Of a DNA stretch of 64,000 nt, positions 19,499-28,883 are shown piece by piece. Location: assembly GCA_965228855.1 (NCBI GenBank), contig CBDDIJ010000005.1, forward strand, positions 736,001-800,000, in the 5' to 3' direction. The DNA comes from Candidatus Obscuribacterales bacterium. Its GTDB lineage: Bacteria; Cyanobacteriota; Vampirovibrionia; Obscuribacterales; Obscuribacteraceae. The position numbers and the translations under genes are program-made. How positions within the stretch are numbered: the stretch's first letter is position 1; every line of letters begins with the position of its first letter. A model generated the notes under the pieces. It ran no database searches and was not told where the DNA came from. It saw only the letters and a program-made list of their open reading frames with translations.

Positions 19499-21226
19499 AT
19501 GGTCGACGAAGCAAAACAGGAAAGCAATTCCAATAGCGGCAGCAGCGCGACAGCAACACCGGATGGGGCGAATCTCGAAACCTACCTCGCAAAGCATGGC
19601 GCGATGGGTTGGCGAGAGTGCCTGGCCGAGATGCACGATGTTTGTTTTAGCCTGGAGAAACAGAACGTTGTTTACGGTGATTTGACCGTACGCTCTATCA
19701 CGGTTTCTGAAACCACCGCCAGTGGTATCACACTTCACTTACATAGCCACGCTCCAAACGCTTTAGAAAAAACCGAAAAAAGCGGCGCGATATCATTTCC
19801 AAACGAAGCATATTTCAGCCCCGAAAAATGTCTGTCAAAGTCGGTTGATCGACGCTCAGATGTTTACTCGCTAGGTTGCATCATGTACCACATGCTTACG
19901 GGTGCGCCGCCGTTTGTGCAGAGAGACCCGGAGAAATTGAAAGAGGCGCAAGCAATCGATTACGCCTTGCCGCCAGGGAGGAGATCACAAAGACAGCACA
20001 TTCCGGACGAAGTCGATGCTTTGATCAGTCGCTGTCTCGAGAAGGATCCGGCGAAACGGTTTAAAAATGCAAGTGAGTTGCGCGCAAACCTTGGCAATGC
20101 GCTGCAACTGGAAGAAGATCCGGATGACGCGATAAACAAAAGCGCGAAGTTTTCGGAATTTTTCCAGAAACGAAGAGCGGTCTTTCTTCGCGTAATCGCT
20201 CTTGTTGCAGTGACTGCCGTCTTAGGCTGGCTTGCGCTGGAAGTGACATCCAATCAGGATTTCGCGAAATCGCTCGAGCGCACATCTGCCCGCCATCGCA
20301 ATCGCTGGTTTCTAAATTTAGAACACGGCCAGATGTATCTTGCCCAAGCAGAATTCGAGAACGGCAAGATGGAGCCGGATACAGGCAAAGAGCCATTAGA
20401 GCTGAAAATGAAAGACGAGGACGTAATCCTGTTCTCCACGACAAAGCGCCAGACTGTCAAGGAAGCTGTAGAAGAGGCGATTCGACGACGCCTGATCCTG
20501 TTCAAAGTCAATCTTATCGATGCGGATCTCGCTGGTGCAGTTATTCCACATGCGAATCTGGACGAATGTTTCGCAATCAACGCAAAGTTTGATGGTGCTG
20601 TCATGACCAATGACTTGCTAAGGCAAGCAGATCTCACAAACGCAAGCATGAAAAACGTGAAATTGGACAGCGCCAATATCGAACGCGGAGTATTCAGGCA
20701 AGCCAATCTAGAGGGAGCGGACTTATCGGGATCTGTTCTAATCGATTGCGATTTCACAAATGCGAAACTGAAAGGCACAAATTTAAAAAACACCTATTTG
20801 CTCGACTCGACTTTTACCGGTGCCGACTGTTCAGGAGCCGCGTTCGATGGTTCTACAATGACCGAACAATGCGCAACACAAGCGAAACTCACACCGGAAC
20901 AGCGAAAATCAGTCAAAATCGTAGTCGGACCCAAAGCCGAGCATAAAGTCGTTCGACCGCTCGGCGTAGCGGAGCCCAAAGATCTGGAAGTTCAAGTCCA
21001 GACACCTTTCGCGCAGCGAAAGATGCATAATCCATTTGCACAACCGAAAGAAGGTTCGAGTTACGGGCCGAATGTCCCCGCTAATGAGCGAATCGGACTG
21101 GACATTAAAATCGATAAGAATGGCAACCCCATTCCTGTCGAAAACCCGCCGCCTCGCAAATCACCAGCTCAAAGGCAGTCTCCGGCGCTGACACCGGGGA
21201 CGGTGCCAGTCCCTCCGAGTAAATGA
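19499..21226 (+). CDS. Kinase C-lobe-only pseudokinase with TM helix and pentapeptide-repeat domain
   Basis: YFSPEK, RSDVYSLGCIMYHMLTGAPPF and RCLEKDPAKRF present; Gly-loop, VAIK and DFG absent; TM then A(D/N)Lxx repeats. Confidence 0.8.
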   Translation: MVDEAKQESNSNSGSSATATPDGANLETYLAKHGAMGWRECLAEMHDVCFSLEKQNVVYGDLTVRSITVSETTASGITLHLHSHAPNALEKTEKSGAISFPNEAYFSPEKCLSKSVDRRSDVYSLGCIMYHMLTGAPPFVQRDPEKLKEAQAIDYALPPGRRSQRQHIPDEVDALISRCLEKDPAKRFKNASELRANLGNALQLEEDPDDAINKSAKFSEFFQKRRAVFLRVIALVAVTAVLGWLALEVTSNQDFAKSLERTSARHRNRWFLNLEHGQMYLAQAEFENGKMEPDTGKEPLELKMKDEDVILFSTTKRQTVKEAVEEAIRRRLILFKVNLIDADLAGAVIPHANLDECFAINAKFDGAVMTNDLLRQADLTNASMKNVKLDSANIERGVFRQANLEGADLSGSVLIDCDFTNAKLKGTNLKNTYLLDSTFTGADCSGAAFDGSTMTEQCATQAKLTPEQRKSVKIVVGPKAEHKVVRPLGVAEPKDLEVQVQTPFAQRKMHNPFAQPKEGSSYGPNVPANERIGLDIKIDKNGNPIPVENPPPRKSPAQRQSPALTPGTVPVPPSK

Positions 21227-23145
21227 GTTCAGATGCGAACAGGAAAACTCTGACTGCCGAAGACTCGTTTCCCCACGAGCGCTATGATGCGCTTGAGAGA
21301 CTCGGAAGCGGTGCTTACGGAGCCGTCTATAGATGCCGCGATAAACTTTTAAAACGCACTGTCTCTATCAAGACGCTCTTCAACCTCACGGAAAGCCAGG
21401 TAATCGACTTTCAAAAAGAGGCGCGCGCTCTCAGCGCCTTACAGCATCCCGGAATAGTTTCGATTCTGGACTTTGGGATCAGCGAAAAGGGATTTCCATA
21501 TCTGGTGATGGAATTTATCGAGGGTCTCTCTCTTGAGCAACATCTGGACGAGCACGGAACTTTGCCGACGAGTGTTGCGCTGGAGCTGTTTACACAAATC
21601 GCGGAATCTCTAGCCTATGCTCACAGCAAGGGTGTCTATCACAGAGATCTAAAACCCGCAAACATATTACTATCGGAGAATAAACTCAACGAGCTACATG
21701 CGAAGCTGATTGATTTTGGAATGTCGGCAACTGCATTAAGCGGTGAGACAACAATCGATTCACAAGGCAAAACGCTTGTCGGCACACCGGCTTACATGAG
21801 TCCCGACCAGATAAGTGGAGATGCGTTCGATGCCGCGTCGGAAACCTACACTCTCTGCTGCGTGCTGTTTGAAGCCATAATCGGCGGTCCACCGTTCACT
21901 GCGGTGTCGGCACTGGAACTCCTGGCGCTGCATGCCAATGAACCTGCGCCGTCCATGCTTGAGTTCGAAACAGGCTCGGTCGTGTTCAGAAGACTCGATG
22001 AGGTTATTCGGCAAAAGGGTCTTGCTAAGAGAAAGTCACAACGATTCAGAACGATGTCAGAGCTAGCGTCAGCGCTAGGTGCTCTGATCGAAACAGCAAG
22101 AGACCTCGAGACACATGGTATCACCAGCGGTTCTACACATGAAGAGCTGAACGAATCAGCGCCGACGACAGAGGCGGATCTGAAAGCAGTCAACGCCAGA
22201 TACAGCATGATATTCGTGGCGTGCCTGGTGGCAATGGTTTCAGTAATTCCGATAGTTGCTTACACGATGCTAAACCGTGGCGAGTTTGTCAAACATCCTC
22301 GACCTGCGAAAGCTGCGGAAACCAATCCTATCGACATGAGCAATATCGATTTTGTCGTTGGAGGTTTAGATTCCGACGGCATTTCGATGAAGATGGAATC
22401 GTGCAAAGTGATCAATAACTTCGACATCAAGAAGTTTAAGGAGCTTACAAAGAACAAGGTGCTCCGAAAAATTTCTTTCACCAACGTTCACTTGACGCCG
22501 GAAGATGTGAGAGCGGTGGCACCATTGAAGCCGACATCTTTCAACATGAATCAATGCGCGTATAACGACCGAGTCTTCAAGGAAATTGCAGCTATACCGT
22601 CCATCACTTCGCTCCAAGTCGCCTCCGGCGTGGTGACACTTCCCTCGATGCGCTTTATTGCATCAATGCCCAATTTGAACTATCTGGATCTGAACGGCTC
22701 GAACGTTGATGACAAGCTACTGCAAACGCTGACAACCTCGCAGCTCAAGCAACTTGATGTGCATAAATGCGAGGCAGTGACAGGAAAGGGACTGAACAGA
22801 GGAATGGAGCAACTCACATATTTCAGAGCCAGCAAACTTAGCGTGTCCGGAAAAGATCTCGCATTTCTGAAAGGGCTGCCAAATCTCAAGATTCTAGAAC
22901 TGTTTCCGATTGACCTCACCGATGAGGACGCCGAACAGATCAAAAATCCCGAGCTTCACTCAGTAAGAATCGATAGTGCGTATCTTACGATTAAAGGAGT
23001 GAAACTGTTTGCCTCACTTCCGAACATCAAATATATCGAGGTCGGCAGAACACCCACTATAAATGAAAGTTCCATCCGGGCTCTTGCTCACGAATTTCCA
23101 GGTGTCAAGATTCAACTCTCCGCCAAACCGCTGAAATCAATTTGA
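21223..23145 (+). CDS. Hanks-type Ser/Thr protein kinase with TM helix and LRR ectodomain
   Basis: GSGAYG, VSIK, HRDLKPAN, DFG, GTPAYMSP; TM; LRRs. Overlaps the stop of the upstream pseudokinase. Confidence 0.9.
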   Translation: MSSDANRKTLTAEDSFPHERYDALERLGSGAYGAVYRCRDKLLKRTVSIKTLFNLTESQVIDFQKEARALSALQHPGIVSILDFGISEKGFPYLVMEFIEGLSLEQHLDEHGTLPTSVALELFTQIAESLAYAHSKGVYHRDLKPANILLSENKLNELHAKLIDFGMSATALSGETTIDSQGKTLVGTPAYMSPDQISGDAFDAASETYTLCCVLFEAIIGGPPFTAVSALELLALHANEPAPSMLEFETGSVVFRRLDEVIRQKGLAKRKSQRFRTMSELASALGALIETARDLETHGITSGSTHEELNESAPTTEADLKAVNARYSMIFVACLVAMVSVIPIVAYTMLNRGEFVKHPRPAKAAETNPIDMSNIDFVVGGLDSDGISMKMESCKVINNFDIKKFKELTKNKVLRKISFTNVHLTPEDVRAVAPLKPTSFNMNQCAYNDRVFKEIAAIPSITSLQVASGVVTLPSMRFIASMPNLNYLDLNGSNVDDKLLQTLTTSQLKQLDVHKCEAVTGKGLNRGMEQLTYFRASKLSVSGKDLAFLKGLPNLKILELFPIDLTDEDAEQIKNPELHSVRIDSAYLTIKGVKLFASLPNIKYIEVGRTPTINESSIRALAHEFPGVKIQLSAKPLKSI

Positions 23146-23386
23146 AACAACGGCAGCGACTGCGACTAGCTTCTTTACAAAAGGGTCCAGCACTGTGGCT
23201 ATAACACGGGCGTCAGGCACAACAATTAAGCGAACAAGCGCACGATATGTTTGAATGGTTTCACACATGGAATAAATAAATCAGTTCAGCGGAACAGCTT
23301 GAGACTTGCGTGGGGCAGTATCGAGCGTTCCGAGAGCCCGACCTCAACGGGAACCTTTTAAAAACCAAAGTATAAAGGAGCGATCG

Positions 23387-26300
23387 ATGAATACAAATCG
23401 ATTCCGTTTGAGCCGTCCGGAAGAAAGTAAAAATTTGAATGACAAGAATGTGCTGATTGGCGACGCATTTGCATTCTTAGATGAGAATGCGCTGAAGTCC
23501 AGCAGCATGAGATGGCTGTTTAAGCTCATGGGCAAGAAGCCTAGCGGCAAGCCTCAAATCGTTTCGCTCGCCGGTCCGGAAAGCGTTGAGCTTTTCGGTT
23601 ATACGATTGAGCCGCTAAGCGTGAAGCCTTTGCTCTTGCAATGCATCGTCAGTGACAAGTCTTTGTACCGAAGCGAAAAAGACACAATCAATCTTCTGGT
23701 ACTGAAACCGCTTGCACCAAATTCCTCGACCGAAGTAATCGTGAATTCATCCGGAAATCCGTTTTCGAAACATACCGTCGAACTCGGTCAAAACGGTGAG
23801 GGCATGCTGACTTTAACAGACCTGCCCGTCGGAGAATACACAGTTCAGTTCGAGACGATTGCCCAGGTTGCCTGTGAATTCATCGTAGCAGAATACCGCC
23901 TGGCTCCCCTTGTTTCTTCGTTGGTCGAGAGTAGAGTTCTGGACAACTCGAAACTCAATGTGACGTTGCAGGTGGAATCATTCGGCGTACCCATCAATGA
24001 GCAGGTCCGGCTCAGTCTGATGGATCGGACCATGCTTATCGCAATGGAATCGAGAACCGCTGTCGACGGAAAAGTGGAGGCGACGTTCGAGCTGACCGGC
24101 GAAGGACCGCATTCGATATATGTTCAAATTCCGAGCGATCCGTCGAAGACAGCGACCGTGCCGCTGCGCGGAAGTCGAGAATCAGAGCGCAAAACGACAC
24201 TGTTCTCACCGCTGGGAACTGAGGTAGTCGGCTCGCTCTTGCCCATTGGTAATTCCGAAGCGGTAAGAGGGATATACTTCGCGGAAGGAGCAATCAAGAC
24301 TTCACCAATATCGCTCGCACAGGTGGATTCGGACCAGATTCATTTAAACATCAACTGCGCCGCTTCATTGCTCAAAGTCGTCGTCGTAGATCCGACTTTT
24401 CCACGCGCGAACGAAGACGCGGTTGATGTGGAACAGGTTGGTCATCCTTCTGGAGACGCCGTCTACAAAACCGCCGAAGCTATGTTCAAATCCGGCAACT
24501 TCCTTGGAGCTGCGGAAACATTCTGGCAACGACGCGCGGAGCTCGCAAATCCCCATCCGTATTTCGCGTATTACACGGCATGCAGCTATGCACGCGCAGG
24601 GCAACGAGATGAAGCGGTACAGGCGCTCAGACAGTCCTTCATGGATGGTTGGCGAGAGATGCAGCATTTAGAAGAAGATGAGGATCTATCCTCACTTAGA
24701 GGCTTTCCGCCATTTGAACACTTGCTGACCGGTGGTCTTCGAGAGTTTACATTCGAAGATCTCGAAGCAGGTCGAAAAATTTCACTGGAAGCATTCGCGC
24801 CCTCCTCGCTGGTTCTCCTAGGAGCCTACATAGACGGCAAAGCCTGGGAGGGTTGGGCAACGGTCGTGGTACCGAGCACGGTATCAACAGAAATTACTTT
24901 ACCGGAGCTTTGTCCGCCCGGCAAAGACATCACGATTGAATTCTCAGCAGGCAAAGCAACCTCCATATATGCAATCGTCAAAGACGCGCGTCTCATCAGC
25001 GCTGATACCCCCGAGTTGAAATTGGCTGGTGCATTGAAAACGTTTATCGAACTGGAAGGCAAGGAGAAAAAGGTAGGAGAGGTCAAAACCAGCCTGAGAC
25101 AGAAATATCAAGAATCTGCTCCCCCGCGCTACGCGCTCATGGCGAGAGCTGCGATGGGAGGAATGTCGACCGGATCATGGGGAGCATTGCCTCTGGCAGC
25201 ACCAGGTTCTGCCTATGGCGGTGGGGTTCCAGATGCTGTCGGCACATCGAGCGCAGAGAACGAAGGGGCGCTGCGCTTTCGCAGTGAAGCGCGATGGGAT
25301 ACTCCTATTCAAGAGCGCGGCGAACAGACTATCTCGGCACGGTTCGGCATGGCGCAATCGCCGGACATTGCGGCGCATCAAATGCAAGATTCGAATATGG
25401 ACATGGTCTTCGATCACGTGATGACTGCAGACGTTGAAGGTGAAAGCGGTTCCGCAGTTTGCCAAACGACGAATTCAAGCAAAGCGAAAACAGAGGACAA
25501 AACCAAATCAATCACGATGCTGCAAGACGATCCCGAAGTGGTGTTTGCAGGCTTTGTGAAAGTAGATGGAGGGATAGGTCATTTGACCATCAAGCTGCCG
25601 GATACATTCGCCGATTATATTGTTGAGTGTTTCGCAGTCGAGGGTCTGGACTGGGCATCTAAAGAAACCAGTTTTCGGGCCGCCAAGGATCCGTTTGTAA
25701 AACTGACCACGCCTGTCTTCACCCGCAAAGAGGAACCAGCTCAAGCATTCGTACACGTCGGATCTGCAAAGAAGGTGAAGCTGAAAGTACTTTTGAACGG
25801 TGAACAGATCGAATTATTTGAGGATGAAAACAAACCCTTCACGGGAGAGATTTCTGGAGCGCCAACCGCATTCTCGTTTTCAGCACTTCCAGGAGCATAC
25901 GAAGCGATCCTTGAAGATGCTTCCGGCGAAATAGTTGCAAATGACATGAAGAATGTCGATGAGCCTGGCAAATTGAAACGCCTGGTTCGCACGATTCAGA
26001 TTTTGCAAAGTGGAGAAAGCGTTGCACTGGCAGACGATTCAAAACGCCGCGCTCTGACGCTGATGCCGGGGATTGAAACTTCCTTCAAAGCCCTGGTAGA
26101 AGCAACCGCAGATTATGCACACTGTTGCTGCGAGCAGACGGCTGCAAAAATCCTATCCGGATGTGCTATGTATATATTCTCCGGCGGCGATGACAATCGC
26201 AGGAAAACCGCTGAATCCGTCATTCTCGCAGGCATCCGTAGAGAGCAAAAAATGTGGCTCAAAGGTCGCGGCTTCAAGGCCTACCCTGAACGATTCAACG

Positions 26301-27319
26301 AACCGGACCAACACTACGGAAAGAAAGCGGCTCGTTATCTCTGGAACTTGCAGCATCTCAAAGACGCGGATAACGGCACGATGTCCAAAGATTTGAAAGA
26401 GGCAATTGAAAGCGGTTTAGAAATGGCCGCGGATACAACCAGGGCGTATGGAATCAACTGGCCGCCATCTGAATTCACTTCGTGCGAAGACGCCTATGGC
26501 GCAATCACTTTCGACAAAGGCGATGTCGCAGTCCGGGCGCTGAAGTACGTCGAAGAGACGCTCAAAAAAGGTCAAGTTCCAATTGAAAACAATCCGTGGT
26601 TTGGCTACAACGTTTTTAAACGAGCGGAATCGTCATATGCTGCCGCGGTATTGCTCAACAGCCGAAACTCCGCCCATTTAAAAACTGCTCTAGGGCTGGC
26701 TAATGAGGTAATCAGTCAGTTAAACGATGAGGGGCGATTATATTCAACTTACGATTCTGTAGCTGCGATTGCCCTGATGAAGGAGCTGGATAAATGCGGT
26801 ATCACTGGCGGTGACGCACAAAACGCGAAATTCGAATTCAATGGAGAAGTCCGCTCACGAGCGGAAGCGTTGAGTACGCCCGAGAAGCTCACCACACTCA
26901 AAGTTTTACAAGGCGTCGCCACTGTCATGGTTGACACGATGGTCGAAGAAGACTGGACGAAATTTGCATCGGATGTTCCTCTTCGGGTGAGCTTAGAAAA
27001 GGGAGGACAACACGGTCGCAAATACAAAGCTGGAGACTCGTTCGACCTGATTGTCGCACTGGAAGAAGGCTATAAGATGGGAGACCTGCTCTGGGTTGCA
27101 CTGCCCGACGCAGTTTCAAGAGTGGTGGGCGGCGGACAGGTGAAACTGTTTTCGATCGACTTTGCAGGTCAATCGGAGGTCAGAATTTCACTAGCCGCCA
27201 CTGGCGTCACAGAAGTCGCCGGTAACAAAACCCAGAGCATCGCAGTATGCGTCCGAAATATGTTCATCGAGGAACGCGTTGGAAACCCCGGTCTAATTCA
27301 GGTTACTGTGACTAGATAA
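23387..27319 (+). CDS. Alpha-2-macroglobulin-like thioester-motif protein with TPR insertion
   Basis: MG2-like SDKSLYR, LPDTFADYIVECFAV, PFVKLTTPVF, CCEQT thioester motif at 26126-26140, TPR-end module YYTACSYARAG...DEDLSSLRG; AAGGAG RBS. Confidence 0.8.
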   Translation: MNTNRFRLSRPEESKNLNDKNVLIGDAFAFLDENALKSSSMRWLFKLMGKKPSGKPQIVSLAGPESVELFGYTIEPLSVKPLLLQCIVSDKSLYRSEKDTINLLVLKPLAPNSSTEVIVNSSGNPFSKHTVELGQNGEGMLTLTDLPVGEYTVQFETIAQVACEFIVAEYRLAPLVSSLVESRVLDNSKLNVTLQVESFGVPINEQVRLSLMDRTMLIAMESRTAVDGKVEATFELTGEGPHSIYVQIPSDPSKTATVPLRGSRESERKTTLFSPLGTEVVGSLLPIGNSEAVRGIYFAEGAIKTSPISLAQVDSDQIHLNINCAASLLKVVVVDPTFPRANEDAVDVEQVGHPSGDAVYKTAEAMFKSGNFLGAAETFWQRRAELANPHPYFAYYTACSYARAGQRDEAVQALRQSFMDGWREMQHLEEDEDLSSLRGFPPFEHLLTGGLREFTFEDLEAGRKISLEAFAPSSLVLLGAYIDGKAWEGWATVVVPSTVSTEITLPELCPPGKDITIEFSAGKATSIYAIVKDARLISADTPELKLAGALKTFIELEGKEKKVGEVKTSLRQKYQESAPPRYALMARAAMGGMSTGSWGALPLAAPGSAYGGGVPDAVGTSSAENEGALRFRSEARWDTPIQERGEQTISARFGMAQSPDIAAHQMQDSNMDMVFDHVMTADVEGESGSAVCQTTNSSKAKTEDKTKSITMLQDDPEVVFAGFVKVDGGIGHLTIKLPDTFADYIVECFAVEGLDWASKETSFRAAKDPFVKLTTPVFTRKEEPAQAFVHVGSAKKVKLKVLLNGEQIELFEDENKPFTGEISGAPTAFSFSALPGAYEAILEDASGEIVANDMKNVDEPGKLKRLVRTIQILQSGESVALADDSKRRALTLMPGIETSFKALVEATADYAHCCCEQTAAKILSGCAMYIFSGGDDNRRKTAESVILAGIRREQKMWLKGRGFKAYPERFNEPDQHYGKKAARYLWNLQHLKDADNGTMSKDLKEAIESGLEMAADTTRAYGINWPPSEFTSCEDAYGAITFDKGDVAVRALKYVEETLKKGQVPIENNPWFGYNVFKRAESSYAAAVLLNSRNSAHLKTALGLANEVISQLNDEGRLYSTYDSVAAIALMKELDKCGITGGDAQNAKFEFNGEVRSRAEALSTPEKLTTLKVLQGVATVMVDTMVEEDWTKFASDVPLRVSLEKGGQHGRKYKAGDSFDLIVALEEGYKMGDLLWVALPDAVSRVVGGGQVKLFSIDFAGQSEVRISLAATGVTEVAGNKTQSIAVCVRNMFIEERVGNPGLIQVTVTR

Positions 27320-27383
27320 AATCGGTAACAAAGTTAGCGATCGATCGAGCCAACTTAGATGAAACCGCATTTTGATTCCGCGT

Positions 27384-28811
27384 TCAGGCTTTCGGAGCGA
27401 CTGCCAGAACGAGTTGGAACTCGACCTTGTCCGAGTTGACCGCCGGAGTCGGCAGGTCCGCGAGGCGTAGTTCGATGCCTTTCAATTCGATTTTGTCTTC
27501 TTGCGGAGTTGAGGACATATTCCAGGAGACTTTGTTACCTGGCGTGATTTCGCACTTCACATTGATTGTGCGACTGTCACTAGCCTTACGGTCAACAAAG
27601 TAACCGAGAATGGTGTATTGGACGGCTTCGATGTACTGGCGAAGAACCGCAGGGCTTGCGACTTTTCCAATCACGTCGTGGTCGGTAGTCACTTCGACAT
27701 TCTCGATCTTGGCGCAGCTATCCGGAAGCTCGACTTTTGGCAATTCGGTCAGCATAGCTCCAATTCCGGCAGTCGCAGCGACTTCCGGTTGATACCATTC
27801 GATTGAGATGGTGCCGCCCGCCGGCGTTGCGACTTTGACTTCAGAGCCGGTCATCAATGCCTTGCGCATCTTCAACCAGTCCGGTGTTGCAAGGCTGAGA
27901 AGAAATGAGTCTTCGACGACTTGAGCGTTGCTCTCGTCTTGCTCCGGGAAGAACAGTACCGAGCAACCGCAAACTTTCGAGCCGTCGCTACCAGGAGGCG
28001 TGATCGCCGATGGTCCATTCTCCATGGTGGCTTGCCAGACGAGCAGAGCGTTGGCATCCGGGTCCAGTTCGCCGGACACTACCAGCGGTGCCTCTTCCGG
28101 AATCTGTTGAAGTAGTTCGTTCAGACCTTCTTCAAGACCGTTCGGACACTTGATACTGAGTGTGGTGCCGGCCAGTTGAACGCGCACGCCAGGGATGGCA
28201 AACTGCGGAACTTTCGCCAGAATGCTCTGCTCCATAGCCGCTTTCATGTCTTCATTGATGCAGGAATTTCTGCTCCGATCGACCCATGGCGGGCACGGGA
28301 AATGACTGAATGTATAGCCAAGCAAAGCCAGAACGCGGGTGAGACCGAAGCGTCTTGCAATCTCCAACTCATCTTCGGTAAGCAGCACACAACTGAGAAC
28401 GCTGTTTGGCTCTTCCATACCTGCAATTCCGAGCGGTCTCAAATATGCCATCGCTCGAAACTTCGAATCGATGAATCCGGACTCACCAAATTCGGTGACA
28501 TCGCCTTCCGTTACGAAACTGCCTTGTTCGGCATACTGCCTTACTGTGAGAAACAGACCCAACGGATCCATCGGATATTCATGAATCTCTTCGCCGGGAT
28601 TTTGTCTGATCAAAATCGCCAACTCTTTTTGACCCAGACGATTTAGGCCCTCACTCACATAAGACCAGCAAGAGAATGAATTAGCTCCTTGCTGCATATC
28701 GTGCAAATTCACGATCGCGTACAGCTCGTCCGGTACGATCTCGAATCGCACTGGTGGAGCAGGTTGCTGCTGCCCCAACTGCAAAACATTCTCTTCTTGT
28801 GACATCATCAA
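27384..28811 (-). CDS. DUF3480 (SARA/endofin C-terminal-like) domain protein
   Basis: Collinear motifs CWSYVSEGL...GQKEL.IL, RVLALLG....FPCP, SIKCP, KVCGCS, VVEDSF, ISIEW match my recollection of the ZFYVE9/ZFYVE16 C-terminal domain. Confidence 0.7.
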   Translation of the reverse strand: MMMSQEENVLQLGQQQPAPPVRFEIVPDELYAIVNLHDMQQGANSFSCWSYVSEGLNRLGQKELAILIRQNPGEEIHEYPMDPLGLFLTVRQYAEQGSFVTEGDVTEFGESGFIDSKFRAMAYLRPLGIAGMEEPNSVLSCVLLTEDELEIARRFGLTRVLALLGYTFSHFPCPPWVDRSRNSCINEDMKAAMEQSILAKVPQFAIPGVRVQLAGTTLSIKCPNGLEEGLNELLQQIPEEAPLVVSGELDPDANALLVWQATMENGPSAITPPGSDGSKVCGCSVLFFPEQDESNAQVVEDSFLLSLATPDWLKMRKALMTGSEVKVATPAGGTISIEWYQPEVAATAGIGAMLTELPKVELPDSCAKIENVEVTTDHDVIGKVASPAVLRQYIEAVQYTILGYFVDRKASDSRTINVKCEITPGNKVSWNMSSTPQEDKIELKGIELRLADLPTPAVNSDKVEFQLVLAVAPKA

Positions 28812-28835
28812 TTCGATTCTCCCTAATAAGTAGAA

Positions 28836-28868
28836 GAGAGCGCCGCTCTAAATTAAAGCAGCGCTCTC
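28836..28868 (-). terminator. Intrinsic terminator downstream of acyl-CoA dehydrogenase
   Basis: On the minus strand GAGAGCGCTGCTTTA-ATT-TAGAGCGGCGCTCTC, followed by TTCTACTTATT. Confidence 0.6.
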
Positions 28869-28883
28869 GTTTCAGATCAGTTC

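Noticed and set aside
23146..23386. Possible riboswitch upstream of the A2M-like gene
   Set aside because: Only short GC-rich stems; no recognisable Rfam-class motif by eye.
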